Below, one piece after another: positions 9,815 to 19,854 of a stretch of DNA of 64,000 nt (its first letter is position 1; every line of letters starts with the position of its first letter). Location: contig CAWFAD010000011.1 of assembly GCA_963813815.1 (NCBI GenBank), forward strand, positions 128,001 to 192,000, given 5' to 3'. Source of the DNA: an uncultured bacterium. Lineage in GTDB: Bacteria > Krumholzibacteriota > Krumholzibacteriia > Krumholzibacteriales > Krumholzibacteriaceae. The translations under genes and the position numbers were made by a program. The notes beneath the pieces were generated by a model, which was not told where the DNA came from, did no database searches, and saw only the letters and a list, made by a program, of their open reading frames with translations.

Positions 9815-10449
9815 TGGACGCATTCGCGGCGCCGCCGCTCGGCATCGTCCGGTTGGGCGAGGGGTCCGTCGTGGACGAGGGCGCCGTCCTCGGCTACCGC
9901 TCCCCCCGCCGGGGCGTGAGCGACGTTCTCTCGATCGGCGCGGGGGCGAGGATCAGGAGCGGCTGCGTGATCTACGCCGGTTCCACGATCGGGGAGCATT
10001 TCGAAACCGGGCACAACACCGTCATTCGCGAGGAGAACGAGATCGGGGACCATTTCTCGATTTGGAACAACTCGGTTATCGATTACGGCTGCCGCATCGG
10101 TTCGCGGGTCAAGCTGCACTGCAACATCTATATCGCCCAATTCACCGTCATCGAGGACGACGTTTTCTGCGCGCCCGGGGTGACGATCGCGAACGACTAT
10201 CATCCAGGGTGCCCCGATTCGCGCGACTGCATGCGCGGCCCCGTGCTGAAGAAGGGCTGCCGCATCGGAGTGGGCGCGATCATTCTTCCGTACGTCACGA
10301 TCGGCGAGGGAACTCTCGTCGGGAGCGGTTCCGTGGTCACAAAGGATCTTCCGGCCGGGGTCGTCGCCTACGGCAATCCGGCCCGGGTCCATGCATCGCT
10401 CGACGAAATGCGATGCAAGACGGGACGCCGGGAGGCCCCGTACCGCTGA
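9811..10449 (+). CDS. Hexapeptide-repeat N-acetyltransferase (WbpD-like)
   Basis: LbH repeats, GSGSVVTKD..GNPAR; ATG at 9811 overlaps the upstream stop. Confidence 0.88.
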   Translation: MMDAFAAPPLGIVRLGEGSVVDEGAVLGYRSPRRGVSDVLSIGAGARIRSGCVIYAGSTIGEHFETGHNTVIREENEIGDHFSIWNNSVIDYGCRIGSRVKLHCNIYIAQFTVIEDDVFCAPGVTIANDYHPGCPDSRDCMRGPVLKKGCRIGVGAIILPYVTIGEGTLVGSGSVVTKDLPAGVVAYGNPARVHASLDEMRCKTGRREAPYR

Positions 10450-10460
10450 CGGTTCACGCG

Positions 10461-11606
10461 ATGGAGACGATCCGCGATCCCCGCGTAGCCTTTCTCGCTT
10501 CGACGCTGGCCACCGGCGGCGCCGAGCGAGTGGTCGAAAGCCTCGCCTGCGGGCTGCCGCGGCGGGGTATCGAAACGCGCGTGTTCTGCCTGCGACCCTC
10601 CGGAGAGATCGGAGACGCGATCGTGGCGGCGGGGGTTCGATTGACGCCGGGAATCGCCCGTTTCCGGCGCGATCCGCTCGCGGCCGCGAGGCTCGCGGCG
10701 CTTCTCAGGGGCTGGCGGCCGGACGTGCTCGTCTCCCTCGATCACCATGACGCGATTGTGGCGGGCGCCCTCGCCCGGGCGTTCGGCGGGTCGTTCCGTC
10801 TCGTGCTCATGGTGCATTCGACGGGCCTCTGGGGAAACCGCGCAACCTTCAGCTGGATCGACCGTCTCGCGCTTCCGTCGTTCGATCGCATCGTGGCGCT
10901 CGCGCGCTCCCATGAGCGCTATCTCGTGGAGCGGGAGGGAGTCGACCCGAAGCGGATCGCGATCGTCGCGAACGGCGTCGATACCGGGCGCTTCGTCCCG
11001 GCGGGCTCGCCCGCCGAGCGCATCGCGCTGCGCGGTTCTCTGGGCATCGGCGAAGGGGATTTCGCGGCGGCGATAGTAGCCGGGCTCCGGCCCGAGAAGA
11101 ACCACGCGATGTTTCTCCGGGCGGCCGCGCGGGTTCGCGGGGCCCATCCCCAGTCGACGTTTCTCATCGTCGGAGAGGGCGCGGAAGAGGGAAACCTGCG
11201 GGCGCTCGCCGCGGATCTCTTCCCCTCGGGCGGCGTGCGTTTCCTCGGGCGGCGCGAGGACGTTCCCTCGGTGCTCGCCGCCTGCGACGCCCTCGCGCTC
11301 GCATCGCACCCCGTGGTCGAGACCTTCCCCCTCGTCGTTCTCGAGGCGATGTCATGCGGGCTTCCCGTCGCCGTGACGGACGTGGGATCGGTGCGAGAGA
11401 TGCTCGTCGACGGGGAGGAGGGTTTTATCGTATCGTCGGGAGACGAGGCGGCTCTCGCCGAGAAGCTCCTCTTCCTCGCCTCGCGTCCCGATGAGGCGCG
11501 GCGCATGGGGGAGAGGGGACGCGAGCGCGTGAAACGCGATTTTACCGTGGGGGCAATGATCTCGGGGTACGAGACGCTCGTGAGGGGTCTCGCGCCGCGG
11601 GGATGA
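10461..11606 (+). CDS. Glycosyltransferase family 4
   Basis: GGAER, NGVD, LRPEKNH, ETFPLVVLEAM. Confidence 0.92.
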   Translation: METIRDPRVAFLASTLATGGAERVVESLACGLPRRGIETRVFCLRPSGEIGDAIVAAGVRLTPGIARFRRDPLAAARLAALLRGWRPDVLVSLDHHDAIVAGALARAFGGSFRLVLMVHSTGLWGNRATFSWIDRLALPSFDRIVALARSHERYLVEREGVDPKRIAIVANGVDTGRFVPAGSPAERIALRGSLGIGEGDFAAAIVAGLRPEKNHAMFLRAAARVRGAHPQSTFLIVGEGAEEGNLRALAADLFPSGGVRFLGRREDVPSVLAACDALALASHPVVETFPLVVLEAMSCGLPVAVTDVGSVREMLVDGEEGFIVSSGDEAALAEKLLFLASRPDEARRMGERGRERVKRDFTVGAMISGYETLVRGLAPRG

Positions 11607-12613
11607 GGGAGCGATACGCCATGGCTCTTCCCGTCGACGCCGTCATCGCGATCACCTACCGGTGCGATTCGCGCTGCAACATGTGCAACATCTGGCGTCT
11701 ACCCCCCGGCGAGGAGCTTTCGCCGGACGAGTACCGGCGGCTGCCGGCGACGCTTCGCGACGTGAATATATCGGGCGGGGAGCCTTTTCTCCGCGACGAC
11801 ATCGTGGAGATCGTCCGGACGGTGAACGAGCGCTGCGGCGGTCCGCGCATCGTCATCTCGACGAACGGATTTGAGCGGCGGCGGATCATGCACGCCGCGC
11901 CCGCGCTCATGAAGATCGGACGCCGCGTCGGCATCGCGGTGTCGCTCGACGGCATCGGCGAGATGCACGACGAGATACGGGGGGTCGCGGGAGGGTTCGA
12001 CCGGGTCGTCGAGACCCTGAAACAGCTCCGCACGATCGGATACCGGAACGTCCGGGTCGCGTTCACGGCCCAGCGGGCGAACGTCGAGCATCTCGGGGCC
12101 GTGTATGACCTTTCCCGGCAATTCGGATTTCAGTTCACCGCGTCCGTGGCGCAGAACTCCGAGCTCTATTTCTCCACCGACGACAATCAGAGGGTCGATC
12201 CCCTCGCGCTCGACGGGGAGCTGCGCTACGTGATGCGCAAAGAGCTTCTGAGCGCGAATCCCAAGCGGTGGCTGCGCGCCTATTTCTACGCGGGGGTGTT
12301 GCGATGGAACGCCGCCCGCGGGCGCATGCTCTCGTGCCGCGCGGGGAGCGATTCGTTTTTCATGGATCCCGCCGGAACGATCTATCCGTGTCTCACGCTC
12401 GGCCGGGCCATGGGGAATATCCGCGGGCGCGGCTTCGAGGAGATCTGGGAGAGCGCGGAAGCGGAGGCGGCGCGCGAGGCGGTGAGCCGTTGCGCGGAGC
12501 CATGCTGGATGATCTGCACGGTCCGCACGGCGATGCTGAGGCGGCCCCACGCGCCGGCCCGCTGGATACTGGCGAGCTGGCTCAGGCTCGCCGCGGGCAG
12601 GCGCGTCGACTGA
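11603..12613 (+). CDS. Radical SAM protein with SPASM/twitch domain
   Basis: CDSRCNMC (CX3CX2C), SGGEP, C-terminal CRAG..IYPC..C..C..C. Confidence 0.9.
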   Translation: MRERYAMALPVDAVIAITYRCDSRCNMCNIWRLPPGEELSPDEYRRLPATLRDVNISGGEPFLRDDIVEIVRTVNERCGGPRIVISTNGFERRRIMHAAPALMKIGRRVGIAVSLDGIGEMHDEIRGVAGGFDRVVETLKQLRTIGYRNVRVAFTAQRANVEHLGAVYDLSRQFGFQFTASVAQNSELYFSTDDNQRVDPLALDGELRYVMRKELLSANPKRWLRAYFYAGVLRWNAARGRMLSCRAGSDSFFMDPAGTIYPCLTLGRAMGNIRGRGFEEIWESAEAEAAREAVSRCAEPCWMICTVRTAMLRRPHAPARWILASWLRLAAGRRVD

Positions 12614-12642
12614 CGGGGGCGCCGCGGAGGGGAGCGGGACGG

Positions 12643-13797
12643 ATGCCTCGACCGGAACGTCTCAGGATCGCGATGATCGGCTCGCGGGGAGTGCCGTGCG
12701 TCTACGGCGGCATCGAACGCCACGTCTCTGAAATCGGGCTTCGGCTCGCCGCGCGGGGCCACCAGGTGACGGTGTTCGGACGGCGGCCGTTTTGCGCGGC
12801 GGGGGAGCATCTCGGCATGCGGGTGCGCGTGCTCCCTGCGATTCCGACGAAACATCTCGAATCCGCCTCGAACGCGCTCGCGGCGACGCTGGCCGTCCTC
12901 CCCGGTTCGTACGACATCGTCCATTTCCACGGCGTCGGTCCTTCGCTCTTCTGCTGGATGACGGCGCTTCGGCGCGTGGCCACCGTCTGCACCATCCACG
13001 CGCTCGATTACCGGCAGAGCAAATGGGGATCGTTCCCCCGCGCGCTCCTGCGGCGCGGCGAGCGGACGGCCATGGAGCGAGCGGACGCCGTCGTCGCGGT
13101 CTCGCGCCTCATGGCGGACGACCTGCGTTCGAGGTACGGTCGCCCCGTGGACTACATTCCAAACGGGGCGACGTTTCGGGACCCGCCGCCCTTCGAGGAG
13201 GCGGGCCGCCTCGGCCTCGAACCGGGGCGCTTCGTTCTCGCCGTCGGGCGGTTCATCGTCGAGCGCGGGTTCCATACGCTCCTCGAGGCATGGCGGTCCG
13301 TCGAGACGGAGCACCGGCTCGTCATAGCGGGGGACGCGCACTTCGAGGAGCGCTACGCGCGCCGTCTCGCGGCGAGGGCGGACGATCGCGTCATTATGCC
13401 CGGCTACGTTTCGGGACGGCTCCTCGACGAGCTGTACGCGCACTGCGCCTGCTACGTTCTGCCCTCCCTCGTCGAGGGGCTTCCCATATCGCTCATCGAA
13501 GCCATGGCGTTCGGCCGTCCCGCCCTCGTGAGCGACATCCCGGAGAATCTGGAGGCCGCCGGGGGCGCGGCGGAGACCTTCGCCCGAGGGGACTGCGCCG
13601 CTCTCGCCCGGGGCCTCGCCCGCATGCTCGAGATGAGCGAGGATGAGCGCGGGCGGCTCGGAAAGCTCGGGCGCGAGCGCGTGGCGAGGGAATACACGTG
13701 GGATCGGGTGACGGACGAGCTCGAGGGCCTCTACGAGCGTCTCGTTGCCTCTTCCCCGCGGCGCGGCGCGGCCGCGGCGGGGCACGGAGAGGTCTAA
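12643..13797 (+). CDS. Glycosyltransferase family 4
   Basis: IAMIGSRGVPCVYGGIERHV, EGLPISLIEAM. Confidence 0.92.
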   Translation: MPRPERLRIAMIGSRGVPCVYGGIERHVSEIGLRLAARGHQVTVFGRRPFCAAGEHLGMRVRVLPAIPTKHLESASNALAATLAVLPGSYDIVHFHGVGPSLFCWMTALRRVATVCTIHALDYRQSKWGSFPRALLRRGERTAMERADAVVAVSRLMADDLRSRYGRPVDYIPNGATFRDPPPFEEAGRLGLEPGRFVLAVGRFIVERGFHTLLEAWRSVETEHRLVIAGDAHFEERYARRLAARADDRVIMPGYVSGRLLDELYAHCACYVLPSLVEGLPISLIEAMAFGRPALVSDIPENLEAAGGAAETFARGDCAALARGLARMLEMSEDERGRLGKLGRERVAREYTWDRVTDELEGLYERLVASSPRRGAAAAGHGEV

Positions 13798-13879
13798 TTC
13801 TATTGACAGCGGGGGCGCATTTTGGTACGTACGGGCGGAATCGAGCGTCCCGCCCAACGGCGCGGCGAAAGGTATTGTC

Positions 13880-14431
13880 ATGATGCGATTGCGATTCCTC
13901 GACCTCCTCGTTTATGGTGCGATTCTTGCTGCCGTTTCGCTCGCTCTGAGGTGCGCGCCGCTCCAGACGGCCGGAGGCGCGCCGCGTCCGGCGGCTGAAA
14001 CCGCCCCGACGCGGTCTCCGGCGGTTCCGAGGGACACCGCCGCCGTCGAGGCGGGGGCGTACCGGTTCGAGGACGAGCTGCCCGAAGAGACCCCGACGCG
14101 CGCGGCGCAGCTCGTCGAGCGGATCGAGCCGCTCGAGGCGGACACCTTTGCCGTGCAGGACATGGCCGTCGAGGAACCGCAGCGTCAACTCTACGTCATC
14201 GGCTATCGCGTCCAGGTGCTCGCCTCGAGCGACCGCGCGGCGGCCGAGGAGATGAAGCAGCGGGTTGTTGCGCAGGCGCGAATGAACGCATACATTGAGT
14301 ACGAGGACGGGCTGTACAAGGTGCGAGCGGGGGATTTTAACGAGCGAAAGGACGCCCTCCAGGCGAAGCTCGCGCTCGAAAAGACTTTCCCCGGCTGCTG
14401 GGTCGTGCGGACGACCATCCGCGGCGATTGA
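13880..14431 (+). CDS. SPOR domain protein (possible lipoprotein)
   Basis: Hydrophobic N-terminus ending LALRC; C-terminal GYRVQVLA...YKVRAGDF...A. Confidence 0.8.
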   Translation: MMRLRFLDLLVYGAILAAVSLALRCAPLQTAGGAPRPAAETAPTRSPAVPRDTAAVEAGAYRFEDELPEETPTRAAQLVERIEPLEADTFAVQDMAVEEPQRQLYVIGYRVQVLASSDRAAAEEMKQRVVAQARMNAYIEYEDGLYKVRAGDFNERKDALQAKLALEKTFPGCWVVRTTIRGD

Positions 14432-14458
14432 CGATCACGAAAGGAGCCCCACAGCAAC

Positions 14459-15497
14459 ATGCCTGAGCTACGCAAGGACGTGATCACGGGACGATGGGTC
14501 ATCATCGCGACGGAACGAGGGAAGCGGCCGATCGATTTCAAGGTGGAGAAGTCGGCCCGTGCTCCACGGCGGCTTCTGCCCGTTCTGCGCCGGCAACGAG
14601 GACAAGACTCCACCCGAGATGCTCGCGGTACCGCGATCCGCGCTCGGCGCCGAACTCGCGCGGATGGAAGGTCCGCGTAGTGCCGAACAAATTTCCCGCG
14701 CTCCAGATCGAGGGCGATCTGACAGCGCCGGGGACGGGCATCTACGACGTCGTCGCGGCGTCGGCGCGCACGAGGTTCTCATCGAATCGCCGCAACACGA
14801 CACGCAGCTCGCCGATCTCCCGCGCGCGCACGTCGAGAGCATCGGTTCTGGGCGATCCAGATCCGCCGCATCGATCTCAATCGCGACTCACGCTTCAACT
14901 ACATTCTCGTGTTCAAGAATCACGGGGAGGAGGCCGGCGCTTCAGCTCGAGCATTCGCACATCCAGCTCATCGCCACGCCGATCATTCCGAAGCGCGGCG
15001 ATCGAGGAGCTCGAGGGCCCGGCGTCACTTACGAGCTCAAGGAACGCTGCATCTTCTGCGACATCATCGAGCAGGAGCTTCGACGGTCAGAAGCGCGTCA
15101 TCCTCGATGAACGGAGCTACTTCCTCGCCATCGCGCCTTTCGCGGCCCGGTTTCCCTTCGAAACGTGGGTCCTGCCCCGTCGCCACGAACCGCATTTCAT
15201 CGCGTGGGCGAAGACCAGCCCGCCTCGATCATGGCTCGCCGTCCTCAGCAGCTCGTGCTGCGCAAGCTGAACCTGGCCTTCGACCAGCCGGCCTACAACT
15301 ACGTCCTCCACACCGCGCCCATCAACACCGGTGCCGACTGGAATTTCCACTGGCATCTCGAGCTGATGCCGAAGCTGACCAAGGTCGCCGGCTTCGAGTG
15401 GGGCAGCGGCTTCTACATCAATCCGACGCCGCCCGAGGAGGCCGCTGAGGCGTTGAGAAACCACGGAGCGCATGCGGACAAGAACCCGAAAGCCTAA
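14459..15497 (+). pseudogene. galT: Galactose-1-phosphate uridylyltransferase, multiply frameshifted (pseudogene or assembly error)
   Basis: Motifs spread across three frames: [91 protein letters not shown]. Confidence 0.85.
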
Positions 15498-15512
15498 GGA
15501 ACGCATCGACCG

Positions 15513-17021
15513 ATGAAAACGAAGAACGACCTCTCGCTGGTTCTCGTGACGACCGAGATCGTGCCCTTTTCCAAGGTCGGCGGGCTCGCCGACGTCATGG
15601 GGGCGCTCCCCGACGAGATCGAGAAGCTCGGGGTGCGGGTAGCGATCTTCACCCCGCTCTATTCGTCGATCGACCGGGCGGCCTTCGGCATCGCGCCGGT
15701 CGATCGGTGCGGTCCGCTCGCCGTCCCCGTCGCCGGATCGCCGGAGCGGTTTCGACTCTTTTCGTGCCTCAAGCCGGGCACGGGGGTCAAAACGTACTTC
15801 ATCGAGAGCGACCGGTTCTACGCCCGGCAGGGCATCTACACCGTTCCCGAGACGGGAAGGGCCTTTCCCGACGAGGACGAGCGCACGATCTTCTTCAACC
15901 GGGCCGTCATCGAGGCGATGAAAGCGCTCGATCTGCGTCCCGGCGTCGTTCACTGCAACGATTTTCACGCGGGTCTCATTCCAGCCTATCTCGCCCTCGA
16001 GGAGGCGGACGACGAGCGCTTCTCGGGAACGGCGACCGTGTTCAGCATTCACAATCTCGCCTATCAAGGGCTCTTCGGCCCCGAGTTTCTCGACAAGGCC
16101 GGGCTCGACCGAGCGCTCTTCGCGCCGATGGGTCCCTTCGAGTTCTGGGGCCGCGTGAACGTGATGAAGGCGGCGATTCACTACGCGGGCGTCGTCAGCA
16201 CTGTGAGCAGGACGTACGCCGAGGAGATCACGCGGAGCGAGGAGTACGGTTACGGTCTCGAGGGGGTGCTGCGGTCGCGCGGCGCGGACCTCGTCGGAAT
16301 CCTCAACGGCATCGACATGGACGCGTGGGATCCCTCGAAGGACGAGCTCATCCCGCAGCGCTTCACCCCGGAACAGCTCGCGGGAAAGGGAAAGTGCCGG
16401 ACGGAGCTCCTTCGCGCGTACGGCCTCCCGGACCGCTCGACGGGCCCCGTGATCGGTATGGTCTCGCGCCTCGTCGATCAGAAGGGGTTCGACATCCTCG
16501 CCGAGGCCTTCGACGGGATTATGGCGCTCGGCGTGCGGCTCGTCATACTCGGCACGGGACAGGAGCGCTACCACGAGCTCTACTGGGGCCTCGCCAAGAA
16601 GCACTCGAAGCAGCTCGGCCTCAAGCTCGAGTTCAACAATCGGATCGCCCACCTCATCGAGGCGGGGAGCGATTTCTTTCTCATGCCCTCGCGTTACGAG
16701 CCGTGCGGGTTGAACCAGATGTACAGCCTGCGCTACGGAACGATTCCGATCGTGCGCGCGACGGGAGGGCTGCTCGACACCATTTCCGAGATCGGGGGCG
16801 GTGGGGCAGAGGGGAACGGCTTCACGTTCGCGGAGTATTCGGCCGCGGCGCTCCTCGACGCCATCCGCCGCGCCGCTGCCTTTTACGGCGACAAGGCGGC
16901 GCTTCGCTCCGTCCGCCGGCGCATCATGGTCGAGGATCATTCGTGGCGGCGCTCCGCGGAGGAGTACCTCGCGATGTACGAGCGGGTGCGCTCCCTCGCG
17001 GGAATGGGGTTGACAAGGTAG
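15513..17021 (+). CDS. glgA: Glycogen synthase
   Basis: KVGGLADV, HCNDFH, IHNLAYQG, PSRYEPCGLNQMY, TGGLLDT. Confidence 0.96.
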   Translation: MKTKNDLSLVLVTTEIVPFSKVGGLADVMGALPDEIEKLGVRVAIFTPLYSSIDRAAFGIAPVDRCGPLAVPVAGSPERFRLFSCLKPGTGVKTYFIESDRFYARQGIYTVPETGRAFPDEDERTIFFNRAVIEAMKALDLRPGVVHCNDFHAGLIPAYLALEEADDERFSGTATVFSIHNLAYQGLFGPEFLDKAGLDRALFAPMGPFEFWGRVNVMKAAIHYAGVVSTVSRTYAEEITRSEEYGYGLEGVLRSRGADLVGILNGIDMDAWDPSKDELIPQRFTPEQLAGKGKCRTELLRAYGLPDRSTGPVIGMVSRLVDQKGFDILAEAFDGIMALGVRLVILGTGQERYHELYWGLAKKHSKQLGLKLEFNNRIAHLIEAGSDFFLMPSRYEPCGLNQMYSLRYGTIPIVRATGGLLDTISEIGGGGAEGNGFTFAEYSAAALLDAIRRAAAFYGDKAALRSVRRRIMVEDHSWRRSAEEYLAMYERVRSLAGMGLTR

Positions 17022-17039
17022 CGAAGACCTTTTTATACT
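17010..17039 (+). promoter_or_regulatory. sigma70 promoter of the tRNA-Gly/Cys unit
   Basis: TTGACA-18 bp-TATACT. Confidence 0.7.
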
Positions 17040-17062
17040 AGGGGATTGAAAAGCTCATAGGG

Positions 17063-17138
<76 letters not shown>

Positions 17139-17148
17139 TTTTTTTTGA

Positions 17149-17223
17149 GGCGGCATAGCCAAGTGGTAAGGCGACGGTCTGCAAAACCGTTACTCACCGG
17201 TTCGAATCCGGTTGCCGCCTCCA
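17149..17223 (+). tRNA. tRNA-Cys(GCA)
   Basis: GGCGGCA acceptor stem, loop CTGCAAA, GGTTCGAATCC, encoded CCA. Confidence 0.97.
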
Positions 17224-17344
17224 ATCATTTCCGGCCGCGGCGTGCCTGCCGGCGCCGCCTCTCGTGATTTCCGGACAAAGCGGCCAGATGGGCGGGGCGG
17301 GACCCGGGGCGCCGAGCGAGGCGCCTGAGCGGGGGCTATTTGCC

Positions 17345-17373
17345 TTGCCGCGCCTTTCGATTGGTCTTAGAAT
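17345..17373 (+). promoter_or_regulatory. sigma70-like promoter for tRNA-Leu
   Basis: TTGCCG-17 bp-TAGAAT, ending 10 bp before the tRNA. Confidence 0.55.
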
Positions 17374-17382
17374 CGCCGACGT

Positions 17383-17468
17383 GCCGGGGTGGCGGAATTG
17401 GGAGACGCAGCGGACTTAAAATCCGCTGGAGCGCGAGCTCCATACCGGTTCGATTCCGGTCCCCGGCA
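17383..17468 (+). tRNA. tRNA-Leu(TAA), CCA not encoded
   Basis: GCCGGGG/CCCCGGC acceptor stem, loop CTTAAAA, long variable arm, GGTTCGATTCC. Confidence 0.95.
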
Positions 17469-17490
17469 TTCCTGAATGAAAGGAATCGCG

Positions 17491-18359
17491 ATGTCGCAGG
17501 GCTCGGCGGGCGGCGTGACGATCATCATACCCGCGTACAACGAGGAAAAGGGGTTCGGGGAGCCTTTCGGGGCGCTCATGGCCTCCGCGCGGGAGAGGGG
17601 TTGGGAGGTCATCGTCGTCGACGACGGCTCGACGGACGCGACCGCCGCCCTTGCGGGATCGGGGGGGCGCGCGTCCTGCGCCATCCCGAAAACAAGGGAT
17701 ACGGCGCGGCGATCAAGACGGGGATCAGGAATGCTTCGAACGATCTCATCGTCATGATGGACTCCGACGGCCAGCACGATTCGCCGCGCATCGACGAGAT
17801 TCTCTCTCATATGGACCGCTACGACATGGTGGTCGGAGCGAGGCGGCGCATGACGGGCATCCGGGCGCCGGGAAAGAGGCTCCTCTCGATCGTCGCGAAC
17901 TACCTCGCCGGCGTCGATATCCCGGATCTCAACTCGGGGCTCCGGGCTTTTAGAAGGAACACGATCAGAAGCTTTCTCCATTTCTGCCCGAACACCTTCT
18001 CCTTCACGACGACGATCACCCTCGCATATCTGCGGGAGGGGTACAGCGTCAAGTACGTGCCGATCGAGGTCGAGCGGCGCCTCGGTCGCGCGAGCAGCGT
18101 GAGTCTCTTCCGGGACGGTTACCGGACGTTCCTTCTCATCGTCCGCGTCATCGTGCTCTTCAACCCGCTCAAGGTCTTCGTGCCGGTCTCGCTCGGGCTC
18201 TTCGCGCTCGGACTGACATTCACGGTTTACGGCATCGTTACGTTCGGGCGCGCGCCGAACATGGGAGTGCTCACGATCCTCTCGAGCATCATTCTCTTTT
18301 TCATGGGGGTTCTCGCCGACCAGATCTCGTCGATCCGGCGCGAGCGGCGGTACGACTAA
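17491..18359 (+). CDS. Glycosyltransferase family 2 (DPM-synthase-like), frameshifted in a G7 run
   Basis: IIIPAYNEE, VDDGSTD in one frame; NKGYGAA, MDSDGQH, DLNSGLR and two C-terminal TM helices in another; shift at G-run 17661-17667. Confidence 0.85.
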
Positions 18360-18374
18360 GAGCCCCGGAGCGGC

Positions 18375-19364
18375 ATGTCCTTCCGTTCGCGATGGATGCG
18401 GACCCTTTTCCAGGCGCTCGGCGTCGCGCTTTTCGTCGTGATCCTCTCGCGCGTCGATCTCGGCGAGGTCGCGCGCGCCTACCGGAGGATCCGCCCGGTT
18501 CCCGCGGCGGCGGGGATCGCGCTGCTCTTCGTTCTCACGCTCCTCAAGGCGCAGCGCTGGCGAACGATCGTGGCGGGGCAGGGTGTGGCGATGGGGCTCG
18601 GGCGGGCGTTCCGCATTTATGCCGCATCTCTCTACCTGGGGGTCGTGACGCCGGGGCACGTCGGGGACTTCGCGAAGAGCCTCTACCTCACGAACCGCGG
18701 CCTCTCGCCGGGAAGGGCGATCATGAGCTCGGTCGCGGACAGGCTATTCGATATCATACTGCTCTTCGTGATATCGTTTCTGAGCCTCATGCTCTTTCCG
18801 GGAATCGTGCGGAATCAGATGGTTCTCGGCGCTCTCTTTCTGGCCGCTGCGGGCGCGGCGGTCGCCGCGTTCTTTTTCCGCCGCGACATCCTCGCACGCC
18901 TCATGAAACGATTCGTGGCCGCGCTGCCGGGGGAAAGGATGCGGGGCGGTCTCGACCGGGCGATCACGGAAGGGCTCGACGAGTTTCCCGCGGCCGCCGG
19001 GAAAAGGCTGCCGGCGATCGCCGCGCTCACACTCGCGGCGTGGACGGCGCACTACGCCTACTTCGTCATCTTCGCGGCGGCTCTCGGCGTCGGCGCGTCC
19101 GTATCGGTCATCATGGTCTGCGTTTCGGCGGCGATCATCGCTTCCCTCGTTCCCGTGTCGATATCGGGCCTCGGCACGCGCGATCTCGTTCTCATTCTCA
19201 TCTTCGCCCGCTCGGGACTCGGGCGGGAGGCGGCGGTGACGTTTTCGTTCAGCTTTATCCTTTCGTATCTCGTGCTGGGAACGACGGGCTTCATCTGCTG
19301 GCTCACGGCTCCCTTCGACGCTCCGCGGGCGATGAGCGCCGAGCCGGAGGAGGGGAAAGGGTGA
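18375..19364 (+). CDS. Lysylphosphatidylglycerol synthase TM domain / flippase-like membrane protein
   Basis: Multiple TM helices; RW, TPGHVGDFAK, ADRLFD, PVSISGLGTRD. Confidence 0.85.
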   Translation: MSFRSRWMRTLFQALGVALFVVILSRVDLGEVARAYRRIRPVPAAAGIALLFVLTLLKAQRWRTIVAGQGVAMGLGRAFRIYAASLYLGVVTPGHVGDFAKSLYLTNRGLSPGRAIMSSVADRLFDIILLFVISFLSLMLFPGIVRNQMVLGALFLAAAGAAVAAFFFRRDILARLMKRFVAALPGERMRGGLDRAITEGLDEFPAAAGKRLPAIAALTLAAWTAHYAYFVIFAAALGVGASVSVIMVCVSAAIIASLVPVSISGLGTRDLVLILIFARSGLGREAAVTFSFSFILSYLVLGTTGFICWLTAPFDAPRAMSAEPEEGKG

Positions 19365-19368
19365 CGGC

Positions 19369-19854
19369 GTGAGGGAACGCCATCACAACTCGTTCACGGG
19401 ATTCTGGAAGAGCGCGATCGGCCTCTTGGCGTATCACGCCGATTGGCCCCGGACGCTCGCCTCGACGCTCCACAAGATGCGCGGCGTGAGAATCGCCCAT
19501 CCGGGGCGCGTGCGGATCGCGGGAAACGTGCTGATCGACGCGCTCTATCCGGAGCTCGTCGAGATCGAGGACGACGTGTATATCGCGGCGGGCTCGGCGA
19601 TCGTGGCTCACATGACGCCGACTCCATACCTTCGCCGCTACATTCCGGAAGTGACGTTCGCGGCGGTGCGCATACGGCGCGGCGCCTACATCGGGGTTCA
19701 CTCGATCATCCTGCCCGGCGTCACAATCGGCGAGGGCGCGGTCGTCGGAGCCGGATCGGTCGTCACGAAGGACGTTCCCCCGCTCGCGGTGGCCGCGGGC
19801 AACCCGGCCCGCGTTCTGAGGAAGCTCGACGAGGGGAAGGAAAGCGGCGAATGA
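19369..19854 (+). CDS. Hexapeptide-repeat acyltransferase
   Basis: ILPGVTIGEGAVVGAGSVVTKDVP..GNPAR. Confidence 0.85.
   Translation: MRERHHNSFTGFWKSAIGLLAYHADWPRTLASTLHKMRGVRIAHPGRVRIAGNVLIDALYPELVEIEDDVYIAAGSAIVAHMTPTPYLRRYIPEVTFAAVRIRRGAYIGVHSIILPGVTIGEGAVVGAGSVVTKDVPPLAVAAGNPARVLRKLDEGKESGE

Noticed and set aside
13803..13831. TTGACA upstream of the SPOR gene
   Set aside because: The matching -10 (TACGTA) is weak, so it was not called
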